Source: Raillietiella orientalis
Taxonomy: Eukaryota
Assembly: GCA_036172245.1 (NCBI GenBank)
Contig: JAYWIR010000001.1
Coordinates: forward strand, 7,068,001 to 7,132,000
DNA: 64,000 nucleotides
Reading direction: 5' to 3'
The position numbers and the translations under genes are program-made. This document shows, piece after piece, positions 62,801-64,000 of this stretch (the stretch's first letter is position 1; the number at the start of each line of letters is the position of its first letter). Under the pieces are notes generated by a model, which was not told where the DNA came from, ran no database searches, and saw nothing but the letters and a program-made list of their open reading frames with translations.

Positions 62801-64000
62801 GCAAGTTTCATTTATATCAAACAGATGGCATAAAGAGTGGTTTCAATTACTTTCGTTCGATAGCTCTAATTCAGTATTCGTATGTGAGAACAATTACGTA
62901 TTGTGTATTACACCTTATCCAATAAAGTATATATTTCTCATATTTCTAGGGAAAGGAAACTTTCAGTAGTCCAACAAGCGATAACGTGAGGACTTTTGAA
63001 ATACGAAAATTTTTATTTGTTAACTGAAGGTGCAACCATGGTAATGCGCATCTTCAACTAGGTGTCGTGGTACACTAAACAGTTACCAAGGGGGAATGGC
63101 TTGTTAAATTTCCTATTGCTCCTTGAAGTTTTCTGCGTTTTCATTTGAAATCTTGAAAACTCATTTATCTTCCGAATTTCTTTTAATTGAATTCTTAAAT
63201 GCGCTTTTTATAAAATCACTTGAAATGGTTTTGAAATTTTGAATCGAAATTCTTATTGCAATGCACGAGTGAAGGTCGGGTATGAAGAAGCCTTTTTGTA
63301 AACTTTATAGGAAGTTTACAAAAAGAATGTGTTTTACAGAAAGCATGTGTCTAAAAGCTCAATAAAAGTCACGAAACTCATCTTAATGAATTAAATAGAG
63401 AAAAACGAAATCACTCACGTGGAGAAACGTCCTTGGCGAAGTTCTAGCTCCAAAAAATAGAAACCGCAGTACTGTTTTTTTATGATGATGCCGTGACAAT
63501 TTCAACAGGCTTCATTAATTATTTATTTAAAATAAATTAGTTTAAGAAATCTTAATCTCATAATCAACTTTAAGGGCTAAATGCCAGAATAGAAAGGCTT
63601 TCAAGGAAGCTGTTCAGCCGTCTGAGGGTGAACCTTTGTCCTTCCGTGTACTTGGGTTATTTAATCTAAACAAACGGGAGATATTAGGAAAGCAAGGACC
63701 TGAAATTATTTCGGAAGTTAAAGATGAGGGAAATCCGGGTATTCGTGATGCTAATCGTGCATAAAAAAAATCATGGTTTATTTACTTTTATTGCGTATGT
63801 AACCGTTCGAAGCTAGCATGGCACGGACCTCATTGTTTTCGTTATGTTATCAATTTATATCGAGTCGCGTGTTAAATAGATATGTTAGCGGTGCTGTTCC
63901 CGTTATAATATTTTGAGTTTTGAGTAAATAACAAAACACAAGTCAGTTCGTTCCGAGTGGAAATAGGAAAGCCATTCTCGTACGTGCAAATGTATCGTGA

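Noticed and set aside
1-64000. CRISPR arrays, operons, rRNA or intact tRNA genes
   Set aside because: No regularly spaced identical repeats with spacers and no such RNA genes seen; the sequence is spliced eukaryotic DNA

Overview
Eukaryotic (invertebrate, arthropod-like) genomic DNA, not prokaryotic. Three intact spliced genes can be assembled by hand: UDP-N-acetylglucosamine pyrophosphorylase (UAP1/mummy, minus, 1502-3651, 9 exons, 526 aa), Wntless (minus, 8466-15585, 11 exons, 540 aa) and Cyclin E (plus, 30740-32419, 8 exons, 430 aa). Most introns are only 38-57 nt. They include one GC-AG intron and one probable U12 (minor spliceosome) intron, and UAP1 has a 54-nt in-frame exon at the position of the human AGX2 insert. 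The rest of the window is largely decayed transposons. GC-rich islands consist of fragments of an L1/Tx1-like LINE family whose 3' ends (about six copies) share a covarying RNA structure and no poly(A) tail. There are also piggyBac, hAT, Tigger and possibly Zator DNA-transposon relics and two tRNA-derived SINE-like heads. The wntless and cyclin E gene bodies are CpG-depleted while UAP1 and the LINE islands are not. All calls come from reading the sequence; no searches or computations were run.
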